Positions 6,604-15,466 of a stretch of DNA of 32,000 nt are shown here, in pieces. Below the pieces are notes generated by a model. It had not been told where the DNA came from and searched no databases. It was given only the letters and a program-made list of their open reading frames with translations. Origin of the DNA: Desulfotalea psychrophila LSv54 (lineage in GTDB: Bacteria > Desulfobacterota > Desulfobulbia > Desulfobulbales > Desulfocapsaceae); contig NC_006139.1 of assembly GCF_000025945.1 (NCBI RefSeq), positions 30,001 through 62,000 of the forward strand. The letters run 5' to 3'. Numbering within the stretch: position 1 is the first letter of the stretch; the number at the start of each line of letters is the position of its first letter. A program made the position numbers and the translations under genes.

Positions 6604-6700
6604 GCCTAATAAGTTATTATCCGGTTTCCTGATGTCATTCCAGGTAAACACAATTTGAAAACAATTTTTTTATCCATGGTACAGGTTTTTAACTGGGTAT
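6604..6700 (-). repeat. 3' half of an attC-like repeat; its 5' half is replaced by the shared module 6691-6766
   Basis: The minus strand reads ..AAATTGTTTTCAAATTGTGTTTACCTGGAATGACATCAGGAAACCGGATAATAACTTATTAGGC. It aligns with the 3' halves of the 4276-4394 and 5870-5984 copies. The terminal box reads ATTAGGC (6610-6604). Confidence 0.35.
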
Positions 6701-7565
6701 TACTACATGATCCAAATTCCTCGAATCTTCATAAATCAATTTACGGCTCTTGTTGTACAGAGAGGAGCGCCATATGAGAATCACTCGATACAATCCTCTA
6801 TCATCCACAACACTAAAGCACCAGTAAGAGCATAAGGCAAGAAGAATTTATCATGAAATATCAGCACCTTCTTCGCTCCGTTTCGGAACGGCCAGTGAAA
6901 CAGGTCGGGATGCAGGGCATGGGCTTGCAGGACAACATTCAGCACTTGAAAGAGGGCATTTTTAACAGGTTTTTTATGTCCAGGGATGGACGGTATGGCG
7001 CGGTGACAGGGATGCCAGGGAGCGGCTATGCCCATGACAGTGCGCAACCCAATATGGTGAAATGGTTGCGGCCGGGAGGGTGGCAACTGTCAATGGACAC
7101 GAATGAATCCTTGAGACTCTTTTTTTCTCCCTTTTCTTGATATGAACCAGGAAAAATGCGAGCATTAAACATTGGTATGGAGTGCAAACGTCTCTGCCAT
7201 ACAGATATGCAATATAAAGGCAGTGTTAAGCACGACCCGATTCATCATAAAGCCGGCTGCAACTTCAGGGCTTAACACAACCTTTTCACAATTTCCGACC
7301 TATAGCCAGAGGCTTATTTGAGAGGTCTGAGCTTCTGATATGGTGCATTTTCAAGACATTACGCAGCCAGGCTAACCGCCAGCACCTGCGTTTGTATAAT
7401 TGCCAGAGGAGCCAGAGCCGAACGGCTTGCCATCTTATCTGCATCGTAACCGAAATGAATAGCAATTGTTTCGGCGGCTGTCGAAAATGCTAAAAACCCA
7501 GATGAACTGAAAAGAAGCTGGCAACTATTGATTGATTCCAGTGATACCGGCAGACAGAGGTGAAG

Positions 7566-9341
7566 ATGAAAGATGATTCCGGGCCTTGCAAAGCGATCAC
7601 AAAGGCTGCCAATTCCTGGGCAGTGCAACCGAACCTCTTGGACTATGGCAAAACCTGTGACCAGTTTTCATGGGCAACAGCCCGTCGGGAATTGGACGGA
7701 CTGCCGGAAAACAAGGGTTTGAACATCGCCCATGAGGCTGTAGACCGTCATGCCAATGGCCCGCGGGGTGACCGCCTGGCCATACGCTGGCTGGGCAAGG
7801 ACGGCGGCGTTCGTGACTTCAGCTACTCAGACCTGAAGAGACAGAGCAACCGTTTTGCCAACGTGCTCAGGAAACTGGATATCGGCAGAGGAGAGCGGGT
7901 GTTCACCCTGGCAGGGCGGGTGCCCGAGCTATATTTCTCTGCCTTTGGCACCTGGAAGAACGGCAGCGTCTTCTGTCCACTGTTTTCCGCTTTTGGCTCG
8001 GAGCCAATCTATCAACGCCTGAGCAAGGGCGATGCCAAGGTCTTGGTAACCACCGAGCGGCTCTATAAACAGAAAGTCGCCGCTCTGCGCGAGCGACTGC
8101 CGCAGCTAAAACATATCCTGCTCATCGATGCGGCGCAAGATATCGGTGAAGGCCTCTGGTCGCTACCCAGACGTATGGAAGAGGCTGCGGACGCGTTTAT
8201 CATTCCACCGACTGACCCGGAGGATATGGCGATTGTCCATTTTACCAGTGGTACCACGGGGATGCCGAAGGGTGCTGTTCATGTACACAATGCGGTGCTT
8301 ACCCACTACCTGACCGGTAAGTACGTACTCGATTTTCACCCCGGAGATGTTTTCTGGTGCACCGCCGACCCGGGCTGGGTCTCCGGCACCTCCTACGGCA
8401 TTATCGCCCCTCTCGTTCACGGCGTAACCAACATCATCGACGAAGCAGAGTTCGATGCCAAGCGCTGGTACCAGCTGCTGGAGGAGCAGCAGGTAAATAT
8501 CTGGTACACAGCCCCCACAGCCATTCGGCGACTGATGCGCCTGGCCATCGATCCCACCAAACAATATGACCTGAGCCACCTGCGCTGCATCCATAGCGTC
8601 GGTGAACCGCTCAACCCCGAAGCCGTATCCTGGGGGCAGCAAAGTCTGGGCCTGCCGATCCATGACAACTGGTGGCAGACCGAAACAGGCGGCATTATGA
8701 TCGCCAATTACCCAGCCGTAGACATCCGCCCTGGTTCTATGGGCTTACCGCTGCCGGGGATCGAGGCGGCGATCGTGCGGCGCGGCACCGGGGAAAGGGT
8801 CGAAGCAGTTACCGAACCGGGCACCCAGGGCGAACTGGCGTTGCGGCCCGGCTGGCCCTCCATGTTCCGTGCTTATCTTCATGAGGAGCAGCGCTACCGC
8901 AAATGCTTTGTCGGCGGCTGGTACATAACCGGTGATCTGGCTTATCGCGATGCGGACGGCTACTTCTGGTTTGTCGGCCGTGCCGATGACATTATCAACA
9001 CCTCGGGCCATATGGTGGGACCGTTCGAAGTCGAAAGCGCGCTGATGGAGCATCCGGCGGTGACTGAAGCAGGCGTCATCGGCAAGCCCGAAGCATTGAT
9101 TGGTGAGTTGGTCAAGGCCTTCGTCACCCTCAAGCCGGGCACAAAACCCAGCGAAGAGCTGCGTCTGGAACTCATCGGCTTCGCGCGCAAGAAGCTTGGC
9201 TCGGCGGTGGCTCCGAAAGAGATTGAATTCCGTAACAATCTGCCCAAGACCCGCAGCGGCAAGATCATGCGGCGGCTGCTCAAGGCGCGTGAGCTGGGGC
9301 TCGCCGAGGGCGACACATCGACACTGGAGGTAGACGAATGA
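7566..9341 (+). CDS. acetyl-CoA synthetase-like AMP-forming acyl-CoA ligase
   Basis: ANL-superfamily motifs are present: '[12 protein letters not shown]', 'WQTETGG', '[23 protein letters not shown]' and '[11 protein letters not shown]'. The overall layout is like short AcsA/AcoE-type enzymes. ATG at 7566 is preferred over the listed GTG at 7560 (GAGG 6 nt upstream). The stop overlaps the next start (ATGA). Confidence 0.85.
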   Translation: MKDDSGPCKAITKAANSWAVQPNLLDYGKTCDQFSWATARRELDGLPENKGLNIAHEAVDRHANGPRGDRLAIRWLGKDGGVRDFSYSDLKRQSNRFANVLRKLDIGRGERVFTLAGRVPELYFSAFGTWKNGSVFCPLFSAFGSEPIYQRLSKGDAKVLVTTERLYKQKVAALRERLPQLKHILLIDAAQDIGEGLWSLPRRMEEAADAFIIPPTDPEDMAIVHFTSGTTGMPKGAVHVHNAVLTHYLTGKYVLDFHPGDVFWCTADPGWVSGTSYGIIAPLVHGVTNIIDEAEFDAKRWYQLLEEQQVNIWYTAPTAIRRLMRLAIDPTKQYDLSHLRCIHSVGEPLNPEAVSWGQQSLGLPIHDNWWQTETGGIMIANYPAVDIRPGSMGLPLPGIEAAIVRRGTGERVEAVTEPGTQGELALRPGWPSMFRAYLHEEQRYRKCFVGGWYITGDLAYRDADGYFWFVGRADDIINTSGHMVGPFEVESALMEHPAVTEAGVIGKPEALIGELVKAFVTLKPGTKPSEELRLELIGFARKKLGSAVAPKEIEFRNNLPKTRSGKIMRRLLKARELGLAEGDTSTLEVDE

Positions 9342-10345
9342 AGGTAAAAGCAACAGGCGGCCCGGCAGGGGCCGGGGTTGATCCTGCGCATGCGCGACAG
9401 CTGCTGTACCAGATGGTGCGCATACGGCGTTTTGAAGAGAAGGCTGCTGAACTCTACACCAAGATGAAGATCCGCGGCTTTCTGCATCTCTATATTGGCG
9501 AAGAGGCGGTGGCCGCCGGCGTGAGCGCGGCGCTTGAACCGGAGGATGCCACAGTGGCCACCTACCGCGAACACGGCAACGCCTTGGCCCGTGGCATATC
9601 CGCCGGCGCCATCATGGCGGAAATGTACGGCAAACAGGAGGGCTGCAGCCGGGGCCGAGGCGGGTCGATGCACATATTTGACGACAAGACCCGGTTCTAC
9701 GGCGGCAACGCCATCGTCGGCGGCGGCTTGCCACTGGCGGTGGGACTGGCCCTGGCTGACAAGATGCAGGGCAAAAAGCGTGTCACCTGCTGTTTCTTCG
9801 GTGACGGAGCCGTCTCCGAAGGGGAGTTTCACGAATCGATGAACCTGGCCGCCCTCTGGAACCTCCCGGTCCTTTTTATCTGCGAGAACAATCTTTATGC
9901 CATGGGCACCGCCTTGGAGCGGTCGCAGTCGGTCACCGATCTGACCCGTAAGGCGGTCAGCTACCGCATTGCCGCCTCAGCCGTGGACGGCATGGATGTA
10001 CTTGCCGTTGAGGCGGCGGCCAATGAAGCTGTGAACGCTGTGCGCTCGGGACAAAAACCGTACTTTCTGGAGTGCCGCACCTACCGTTTCCGGGCCCATT
10101 CGATGTTTGATCCGGAACTCTATCGGTCCAAGGCCGAGGTCGAAAAATGGAAGAAGCGTTGCCCCATCAGTTCCTTCGTCAAACGCCTCAAGAAGCAGGA
10201 CCTGCTGGACGATGGCGACGTGGAGGAACTGGAGCGGCAAGTTGCCAGGGAAATTGAAGAGGCGGTGGCTTTTGCCGAAAATGGTACCTGGGAGCCGGTG
10301 GAGGATCTGATGCGCTTTGTTTATTCGGAACGGGGGGCGGCATGA
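9338..10345 (+). CDS. thiamine-diphosphate-dependent 2-oxoacid (acetoin/pyruvate-type) dehydrogenase E1 alpha subunit
   Basis: TPP-binding motif '[39 protein letters not shown]' (GDG-x25-NN). Also '[10 protein letters not shown]', '[13 protein letters not shown]' and '[11 protein letters not shown]', typical of PdhA/AcoA. Confidence 0.9.
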   Translation: MKVKATGGPAGAGVDPAHARQLLYQMVRIRRFEEKAAELYTKMKIRGFLHLYIGEEAVAAGVSAALEPEDATVATYREHGNALARGISAGAIMAEMYGKQEGCSRGRGGSMHIFDDKTRFYGGNAIVGGGLPLAVGLALADKMQGKKRVTCCFFGDGAVSEGEFHESMNLAALWNLPVLFICENNLYAMGTALERSQSVTDLTRKAVSYRIAASAVDGMDVLAVEAAANEAVNAVRSGQKPYFLECRTYRFRAHSMFDPELYRSKAEVEKWKKRCPISSFVKRLKKQDLLDDGDVEELERQVAREIEEAVAFAENGTWEPVEDLMRFVYSERGAA

Positions 10346-10385
10346 GCGAAAAAAGCATGGGGGGCGGCATGAGCGAAAAAAGCAT
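10332..10385. repeat. perfect 2 x 27-bp tandem duplication spanning the E1alpha stop / E1beta start
   Basis: GGGGGGCGGCATGAGCGAAAAAAGCAT occurs at 10332-10358 and again at 10359-10385. This gives '[20 protein letters not shown]' and two equivalent G-rich-leader-plus-ATG start contexts (10342 and 10369). Confidence 0.95.
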
Positions 10386-11367
10386 GATTCAGACCACTTA
10401 TCGAGAAGCTGTGCGGGCGGCGATGCGCGAAGCGATGCAACGGGACGAAAGAGTGTTTCTTTTGGGGGAGGATGTCGGCCGGTACGGTGGCTGCTTTGCG
10501 GTCAGCAAGGGGCTGCTCGAAGAGTTCGGCCCGGAGCGGATCATCGACACGCCCCTGTCGGAGTCGGCCTTCACCGGGGCCGGCATTGGGGCTGCCCTCG
10601 GCGGCATGCGTCCCATCGTGGAGATTATGACGGTCAACTTCAGCCTTTTGGCAGCCGATCAGATCATCAACAATGCCGCAACATTTCTGCATATGTCGGG
10701 CGGGCTGTTCAATGTTCCTCTGGTTATCCGCATGTCCACCGGCGGCGGCAAGCAGCTGGCGGCCCAGCACTCTCACAGCCTGGAGGGGTGGTATGCCCAT
10801 ATTCCCGGCATCAAGGTGTTGACCCCGGCAACCCTGGAGGATGCGCGAGGCATGCTCTGGACCGCCCTGGAAGACCCCGATCCGGTGCTCATCTTTGAAC
10901 ACCAGGGGTTGCTGAACATGGAGGGGCCGCTGGCGGCAGACGCAGGAGCCGTGGACATTGATAGGGCCTTGATACGCCGGCGAGGCCGTGACCTGACGAT
11001 CATCACCTACGGCGCCAGCCTGTTCAAGGCTCTGGATGCGGCCGAAGCACTCGCCGGCGAAGGCATCGAGGCGGAAGTGATAGACCTGCGGACCCTGCGG
11101 CCGCTGGATGAGGAGACTTTCCTGTCCTCCATCGCAACTACGCACCGGGCACTGATCGTCGACGAAGGCTGGCGTAGCGGGGGAATTTCCGCAGAGATCA
11201 GTGCACGTATCATGGAAGGTGCCTTTTACGATCTGGATGCCCCCGTCGAGAGGATCTGTGGCGCCGAGGTGCCCATGCCCTACGCCAAACACATGGAGGA
11301 AGCTGCGATGCCGCAGGCTGAGACCATCGTCACAACCGCAAAAAGAATGGTAGGTTCCAATGACTGA
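10342..11367 (+). CDS. 2-oxoacid dehydrogenase E1 beta subunit (transketolase-like pyrimidine-binding and C-terminal domains)
   Basis: '[68 protein letters not shown]' and '[14 protein letters not shown]' are classic PdhB/AcoB blocks. The start could be 10342 or 10369 because of the duplication. Confidence 0.9.
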   Translation: MSEKSMGGGMSEKSMIQTTYREAVRAAMREAMQRDERVFLLGEDVGRYGGCFAVSKGLLEEFGPERIIDTPLSESAFTGAGIGAALGGMRPIVEIMTVNFSLLAADQIINNAATFLHMSGGLFNVPLVIRMSTGGGKQLAAQHSHSLEGWYAHIPGIKVLTPATLEDARGMLWTALEDPDPVLIFEHQGLLNMEGPLAADAGAVDIDRALIRRRGRDLTIITYGASLFKALDAAEALAGEGIEAEVIDLRTLRPLDEETFLSSIATTHRALIVDEGWRSGGISAEISARIMEGAFYDLDAPVERICGAEVPMPYAKHMEEAAMPQAETIVTTAKRMVGSND

Positions 11368-12553
11368 GTTCCGCATGCCCAGCCTGGGGGCCGACATGAA
11401 AGAGGGGCGGCTGGTCGAATGGAAGGTCAAGCTGGGCGACCAGGTCAAACGCGGCGATATCATTGCCGAGGTGGAAACCGCAAAAGGGGTGATCGAGATC
11501 GAGGTGTTTACCGACGGCGTCATCGAGCAGATCCTGGTCCAGCGGGGCGAGAAGGTTCCCGTGGGCACTGTGCTGGCGACCATCCGTACTGCAGGGGAGC
11601 AGGGCAAGGTGCCGGGTGAAGCAGCGCCGCCAGAACCGGTGTTCAAGTACAAGGCCTGCCTGATCGCGGCGCACCGTGAGGAACCGGCGGCAGAACCGCC
11701 TCCGGCTGTGGCCACTGCAGCGGGCAAAAGGCTGAGAATCTCGCCTCTGGCACGCAAGCTGGCAGCTGAACTGGCTGTCGAGCTTAGCACGGTGCAGGGT
11801 ACAGGGCAAGGCGGCGCCATCACCCACGCCGATATAAAACGTGCCGCAGCGACGAAAAAGGCATCCGCACCTCAGGTGCCATCTGCGCCAGGGGCCGCCA
11901 TGCGGCAGGCCATTGCAACCGCAATGGCCCGGTCCAACCGCGAAATTCCTCATTACTACCTGGCCACCCGCATCGATATGAGCAATACCTTGCGCTGGCT
12001 GGAGGCAGAGAACAAGAAACGTTCTATCAAGGAGCGGATATTGCCTGTGGTGCCGCTGATCAAAGCCACCGCCCTGGCCCTGGCGAAGGTGCCGGAACTC
12101 AACGGCTACTGGGTCGACAATCGCCAACAGCCCGAGGAAGCGGTGCATATCGGCTTCGTTATCTCGCTTCGGCAGGGCGGCCTGGTGGCACCGGCCATTC
12201 ACCATGCCGACCTCAAGAGCCTGCCCGAGCTGATGGAAGCCTTGTACGACCTGATTACCCGCGCCCGCAGCGGTCACCTGCGCAGCTCGGAGCTGACCGA
12301 TGCTACCGTTACCATAACAAGCTTGGGGGACCTGGGTGTTGAGGTGGTTCATGGCGTCATCTATCCCCCCCAAATAGCGCTGGTCGGGTTCGGTAAAATC
12401 CTGGAGCAGCCTTGGGCCAAGGACGGTATGCTCGGCATTCGTCCCATCCTGACAGCCACTCTGGCCGCAGACCACCGTGCCACCGACGCCCATCGCGGGG
12501 CCCAGTTTCTGGAAGCCCTCAACCACCACCTGCAAAAGCCGGAAGAGTTATGA
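11360..12553 (+). CDS. dihydrolipoamide acyltransferase (E2) with lipoyl, subunit-binding and catalytic domains
   Basis: Lipoyl domain '[14 protein letters not shown]'; subunit-binding domain '[34 protein letters not shown]'; catalytic '[17 protein letters not shown]' (DHR..D motif). It overlaps the E1beta stop by 8 nt. Confidence 0.9.
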   Translation: MTEFRMPSLGADMKEGRLVEWKVKLGDQVKRGDIIAEVETAKGVIEIEVFTDGVIEQILVQRGEKVPVGTVLATIRTAGEQGKVPGEAAPPEPVFKYKACLIAAHREEPAAEPPPAVATAAGKRLRISPLARKLAAELAVELSTVQGTGQGGAITHADIKRAAATKKASAPQVPSAPGAAMRQAIATAMARSNREIPHYYLATRIDMSNTLRWLEAENKKRSIKERILPVVPLIKATALALAKVPELNGYWVDNRQQPEEAVHIGFVISLRQGGLVAPAIHHADLKSLPELMEALYDLITRARSGHLRSSELTDATVTITSLGDLGVEVVHGVIYPPQIALVGFGKILEQPWAKDGMLGIRPILTATLAADHRATDAHRGAQFLEALNHHLQKPEEL

Positions 12554-12795
12554 CAGAAGAGCAAATCAAACAGACCATCCTCCGGGTCCTGCAGCCAATC
12601 ACCCCCGAAGCCGATTTAGATGAGTTGGCTGCCGACGAGGACATGCAGGAGGCCCTGGACATCGACTCTTTTGATGTCCTCACTTTTTTCGTCAAGCTCT
12701 ATGAAGAACTCGGGGTGGAAATTCCAGAGGAGGACTATGGACAGATCATTACCCTAAACGACCTCATCGGCTACCTCGCTGCCCGCATCGACTGA
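12550..12795 (+). CDS. small acidic acyl/peptidyl-carrier-protein-like protein (81 aa)
   Basis: The ATG at 12550 overlaps the E2 stop (ATGA). '[33 protein letters not shown]' has the DS(F/L) phosphopantetheine-attachment pattern and the acidic helix of ACPs. The longer listed ORF (from 12412) is out-of-frame overlap with E2. Confidence 0.65.
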   Translation: MTEEQIKQTILRVLQPITPEADLDELAADEDMQEALDIDSFDVLTFFVKLYEELGVEIPEEDYGQIITLNDLIGYLAARID

Positions 12796-12878
12796 GGTTT
12801 GGCAGGCCGGCCTGCACCTTGCCAATGCCCGTAACCGATCCATAGCCTGTTTTCAGGTTTCAACAGCAGAGGTCAAGG

Positions 12879-13895
12879 ATGGCCATGTTATTTATCGATA
12901 ATTCCGGCATTACCGACCCGCGCCTCAACCTGGCTTTCGAAGAATATTGCCTGAGGAATCTTGATCCGCAGCATGACTACCTGCTGTTGTATATCAATGA
13001 GCCTGCTGTCATAATAGGAAGAAGCCAGAATGCGTTTCAGGAAATCGATCACGCATTCGTCAGACAGAAGGAGATTCATGTCGTTCGCAGGATTTCGGGA
13101 GGTGGCGCCGTCTACCATGACCACGGGAATCTGAATTTTAGCTTCATCACCAAATACGAAAAATCGAACATACTTAATTTCAAAAAAATCACCGCGCCGG
13201 TTATCAAGGCATTGCAGGGCCTGGGCGTTCCAGCAGAACTTTCCGAGAGAAACAATATCTTCGCTTTCGGCATGAAAATATCTGGAATGGCCCAATATTC
13301 AACGAAAAAGAGCATAGTCAGCCACGGAACACTGCTTTTTGATGTGGAGATGCAAGACTTGGCTCGCGCCCTGAAGGGGAAAGCGGAGCAGACTGACTCC
13401 AGGGGCGTACCATCCGTCAGAAGCAGGGTGACAAACATCTGCGAGCACCTTGTAGGCTACATGGATATGGACACTTTCAAGAACAGTATGCAGGATTCTA
13501 TTTTTGCGCCGTACGGCGGCATGCGGGAAAAGAAACTGACCGACAAGGACTGGGAAAACATCCACCTGCTGTCCAAAGAGAAGTACCATGCCTGGGAATG
13601 GAACTATGGCAAATCCCCTGAATGCCGTATCCGCAGAACCGCCCGGTTGAATGACTGCCGGATTGACCTTGACCTAATGGTAAAGGGGGGGATTGTCAAA
13701 AACATCAAGATTTGTGGTGATAGTGCCTGTGGAAATGATATGGAAGGATTGGAAGCAGTGCTGACCGGTCGACGTTATGATATCGATGAATTCAAAAGGG
13801 CGCTATGTAGCGTCGATCTGCAGTGCTACTTCGGGCAACTGACGCCTGACAAGTTTGCGAACTGCCTTTGTGGCTGTTATCCGGAAGAATCTTGA
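12879..13895 (+). CDS. lplA: lipoate-protein ligase A
   Basis: 'DPRLNLAFEEYCL', 'INEPAVIIGRSQN' and 'VVRRISGGGAVYHDHGNLNFSFI' are LplA/LplJ signature blocks. Length 338 aa. GC is clearly lower than in the five genes upstream. Confidence 0.85.
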   Translation: MAMLFIDNSGITDPRLNLAFEEYCLRNLDPQHDYLLLYINEPAVIIGRSQNAFQEIDHAFVRQKEIHVVRRISGGGAVYHDHGNLNFSFITKYEKSNILNFKKITAPVIKALQGLGVPAELSERNNIFAFGMKISGMAQYSTKKSIVSHGTLLFDVEMQDLARALKGKAEQTDSRGVPSVRSRVTNICEHLVGYMDMDTFKNSMQDSIFAPYGGMREKKLTDKDWENIHLLSKEKYHAWEWNYGKSPECRIRRTARLNDCRIDLDLMVKGGIVKNIKICGDSACGNDMEGLEAVLTGRRYDIDEFKRALCSVDLQCYFGQLTPDKFANCLCGCYPEES

Positions 13896-14055
13896 GAGAA
13901 ATACCAAGTCCACGACGATAGAGTGTTTATGTCTCTGGACCGGCACTTGACGCCGGGAAACACAGGGTCTGAATGGTTCCCTGGCGGTTAATTGGTGGGC
14001 AATGCTTTATAGGACTCAGTATACCCTATGTGGCAGGATAATTTTCGCCCTGGGA

Positions 14056-15060
14056 CTACCTCTCCATCTCTGAACCAAAATATCGTTTCATTCGATAGAC
14101 AAACTGGTTCCAGGTTTTCGCATTTTGATATTTTTCTCTTTGATGCTGATAAAGACTTCGTTGTTTCTCTCTTTTCTTCAAATAACGCTCATGCCTCGCA
14201 CTATCTACACCTGCCTTACCAATCGCTTCGCCTTGATATTTCTCCTTTGTTTCATACTTTTCAGCTCTTTTTTCAAATTCACCGAACTTTTTTTCCAAAG
14301 AAGCTTTTGAAAATTCACGCCCCAAGCTACTGGCCTTGATGTGGTTTTGCTTTACCGATCCGATAGCAGAAATAACACAACCGTTGCCCCTTAACCTTAT
14401 AGTTAAACCATAAATCGAGAACCCTTCCTGCAACTCCTGCCACGTTGTGGCCCTCTCTAAAATATCCCTTAAAGGCTCTTTACGATCTAACACATAGTTG
14501 AGCAACGACTGCTTCCCTGCATGAGCATCTACGTTCTGGGCCTTGCTGTTAGAAGCTTGTTCTCCTGCCTTTTCTTTTATCGACCCCACTATTTTCAAAT
14601 TGTTTTCAATTTCTAGCTCTCTGCAAAGTTGAGTACATTTGATTTTATCCCAACCAGGGCTATTCTTTTTTTTCGTTAAAGGATCAATCATATTATAGGC
14701 AATATGAATATGCATATTGCTGGTATTATCATGAATTCCGCAGTGTCGCTGGTGTTCAGCAAAGCCAAGTATTTCAGCAAAATTTTGCTCAACTTTTTTA
14801 GAAAATTCTACATCTATTTTTTGTCGATCTTCTGGAGGAAATGAGATAATCAAGTGGTAGGTGTTCCCCTGGACGCGACGGTTAAAACTCTGTGTAACAA
14901 CCACTTCATCAATCGCTAAATTATAATCATCTTCGATTGCTCCCCCGACAGTCCATGTTGCCAGACACTTTTCGCCATCGTTGTTGGCATCAGCGATGTA
15001 GTTTGCCAACTTGCGATAAGACCCCTTTGCGCCTTTAGCCTGCTCAATCTTACATATCAT
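14056..15060 (-). CDS. MOB relaxase (MobA/VirD2-type relaxase/mobilisation nuclease domain)
   Basis: The N-terminal 'GSYRKLANYI' is a candidate catalytic Tyr region. 'YHLIISFPPED' and the 3-His motif 'HDNTSNMHIHIAYN' (HxDx5HxH) are present. It is short (334 aa) with no primase domain. Confidence 0.8.
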   Translation of the reverse strand: MICKIEQAKGAKGSYRKLANYIADANNDGEKCLATWTVGGAIEDDYNLAIDEVVVTQSFNRRVQGNTYHLIISFPPEDRQKIDVEFSKKVEQNFAEILGFAEHQRHCGIHDNTSNMHIHIAYNMIDPLTKKKNSPGWDKIKCTQLCRELEIENNLKIVGSIKEKAGEQASNSKAQNVDAHAGKQSLLNYVLDRKEPLRDILERATTWQELQEGFSIYGLTIRLRGNGCVISAIGSVKQNHIKASSLGREFSKASLEKKFGEFEKRAEKYETKEKYQGEAIGKAGVDSARHERYLKKREKQRSLYQHQREKYQNAKTWNQFVYRMKRYFGSEMER

Positions 15061-15410
15061 CTCAAGCTATCTTTCATCTTATTTATAATAGGGATTAATT
15101 TTTTTTGCGTCGATTCAATCTCTTTCAGTATCCTCCTTAACTCTATCGGATCAAAGTTAGTTGGGCTGTTGCCGCTCAAAGAAAATTTAAACAGCCCTCC
15201 AAGCCTCCCCAGATCCCCATTGACCTTCAAAAGATCCAGAAAAGATTGTCTTCCCTCCATAGAGTCAATTCTTTTACCCAATAAAGCCCTGCGGATAAAC
15301 TCAGACTGCGTTAACCCCGTATAATCAACTTTCTTGACAATCAACTCATATTCCTGAAGGGTGACATGTGCCTTCAGAGTACGATTTCTAACCACTTTCT
15401 TTCCAACCAT
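15057..15410 (-). CDS. MobC-like relaxosome accessory protein (ribbon-helix-helix type)
   Basis: 117 aa, 4-nt overlap with the relaxase start. 'RTLKAHVTLQEYELIVKKVDYTGLTQSEFIRRALLGK' fits the RHH pattern of MobC proteins placed immediately upstream of relaxases. Confidence 0.6.
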   Translation of the reverse strand: MVGKKVVRNRTLKAHVTLQEYELIVKKVDYTGLTQSEFIRRALLGKRIDSMEGRQSFLDLLKVNGDLGRLGGLFKFSLSGNSPTNFDPIELRRILKEIESTQKKLIPIINKMKDSLR

Positions 15411-15466
15411 TTTAATTCCTCAATGGAGTGTAATTTACGTTGAGCCGAAGGCGAATAAGCCCCTCT

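Noticed and set aside
8063-12564. Many long ORFs antisense to or out of frame with the ligase/E1/E2 genes (e.g. 8163-8663, 8745-9353, 8960-9832, 10321-11823 of 500 aa, 11330-12535 of 401 aa, 10317-10898).
   Set aside because: They lie in GC-rich DNA, where stop codons are rare in all frames. Their translations are Arg/Pro/Ala/Gly-rich low-complexity sequence without motifs. The sense-frame proteins carry unambiguous family signatures.
12802-12815. GCAGGCCGGCCTGC palindrome as a rho-independent terminator of the GC-rich operon.
   Set aside because: The stem is short, leaves essentially no loop if fully paired, and has no T-run. It is noted only as the point where base composition changes.
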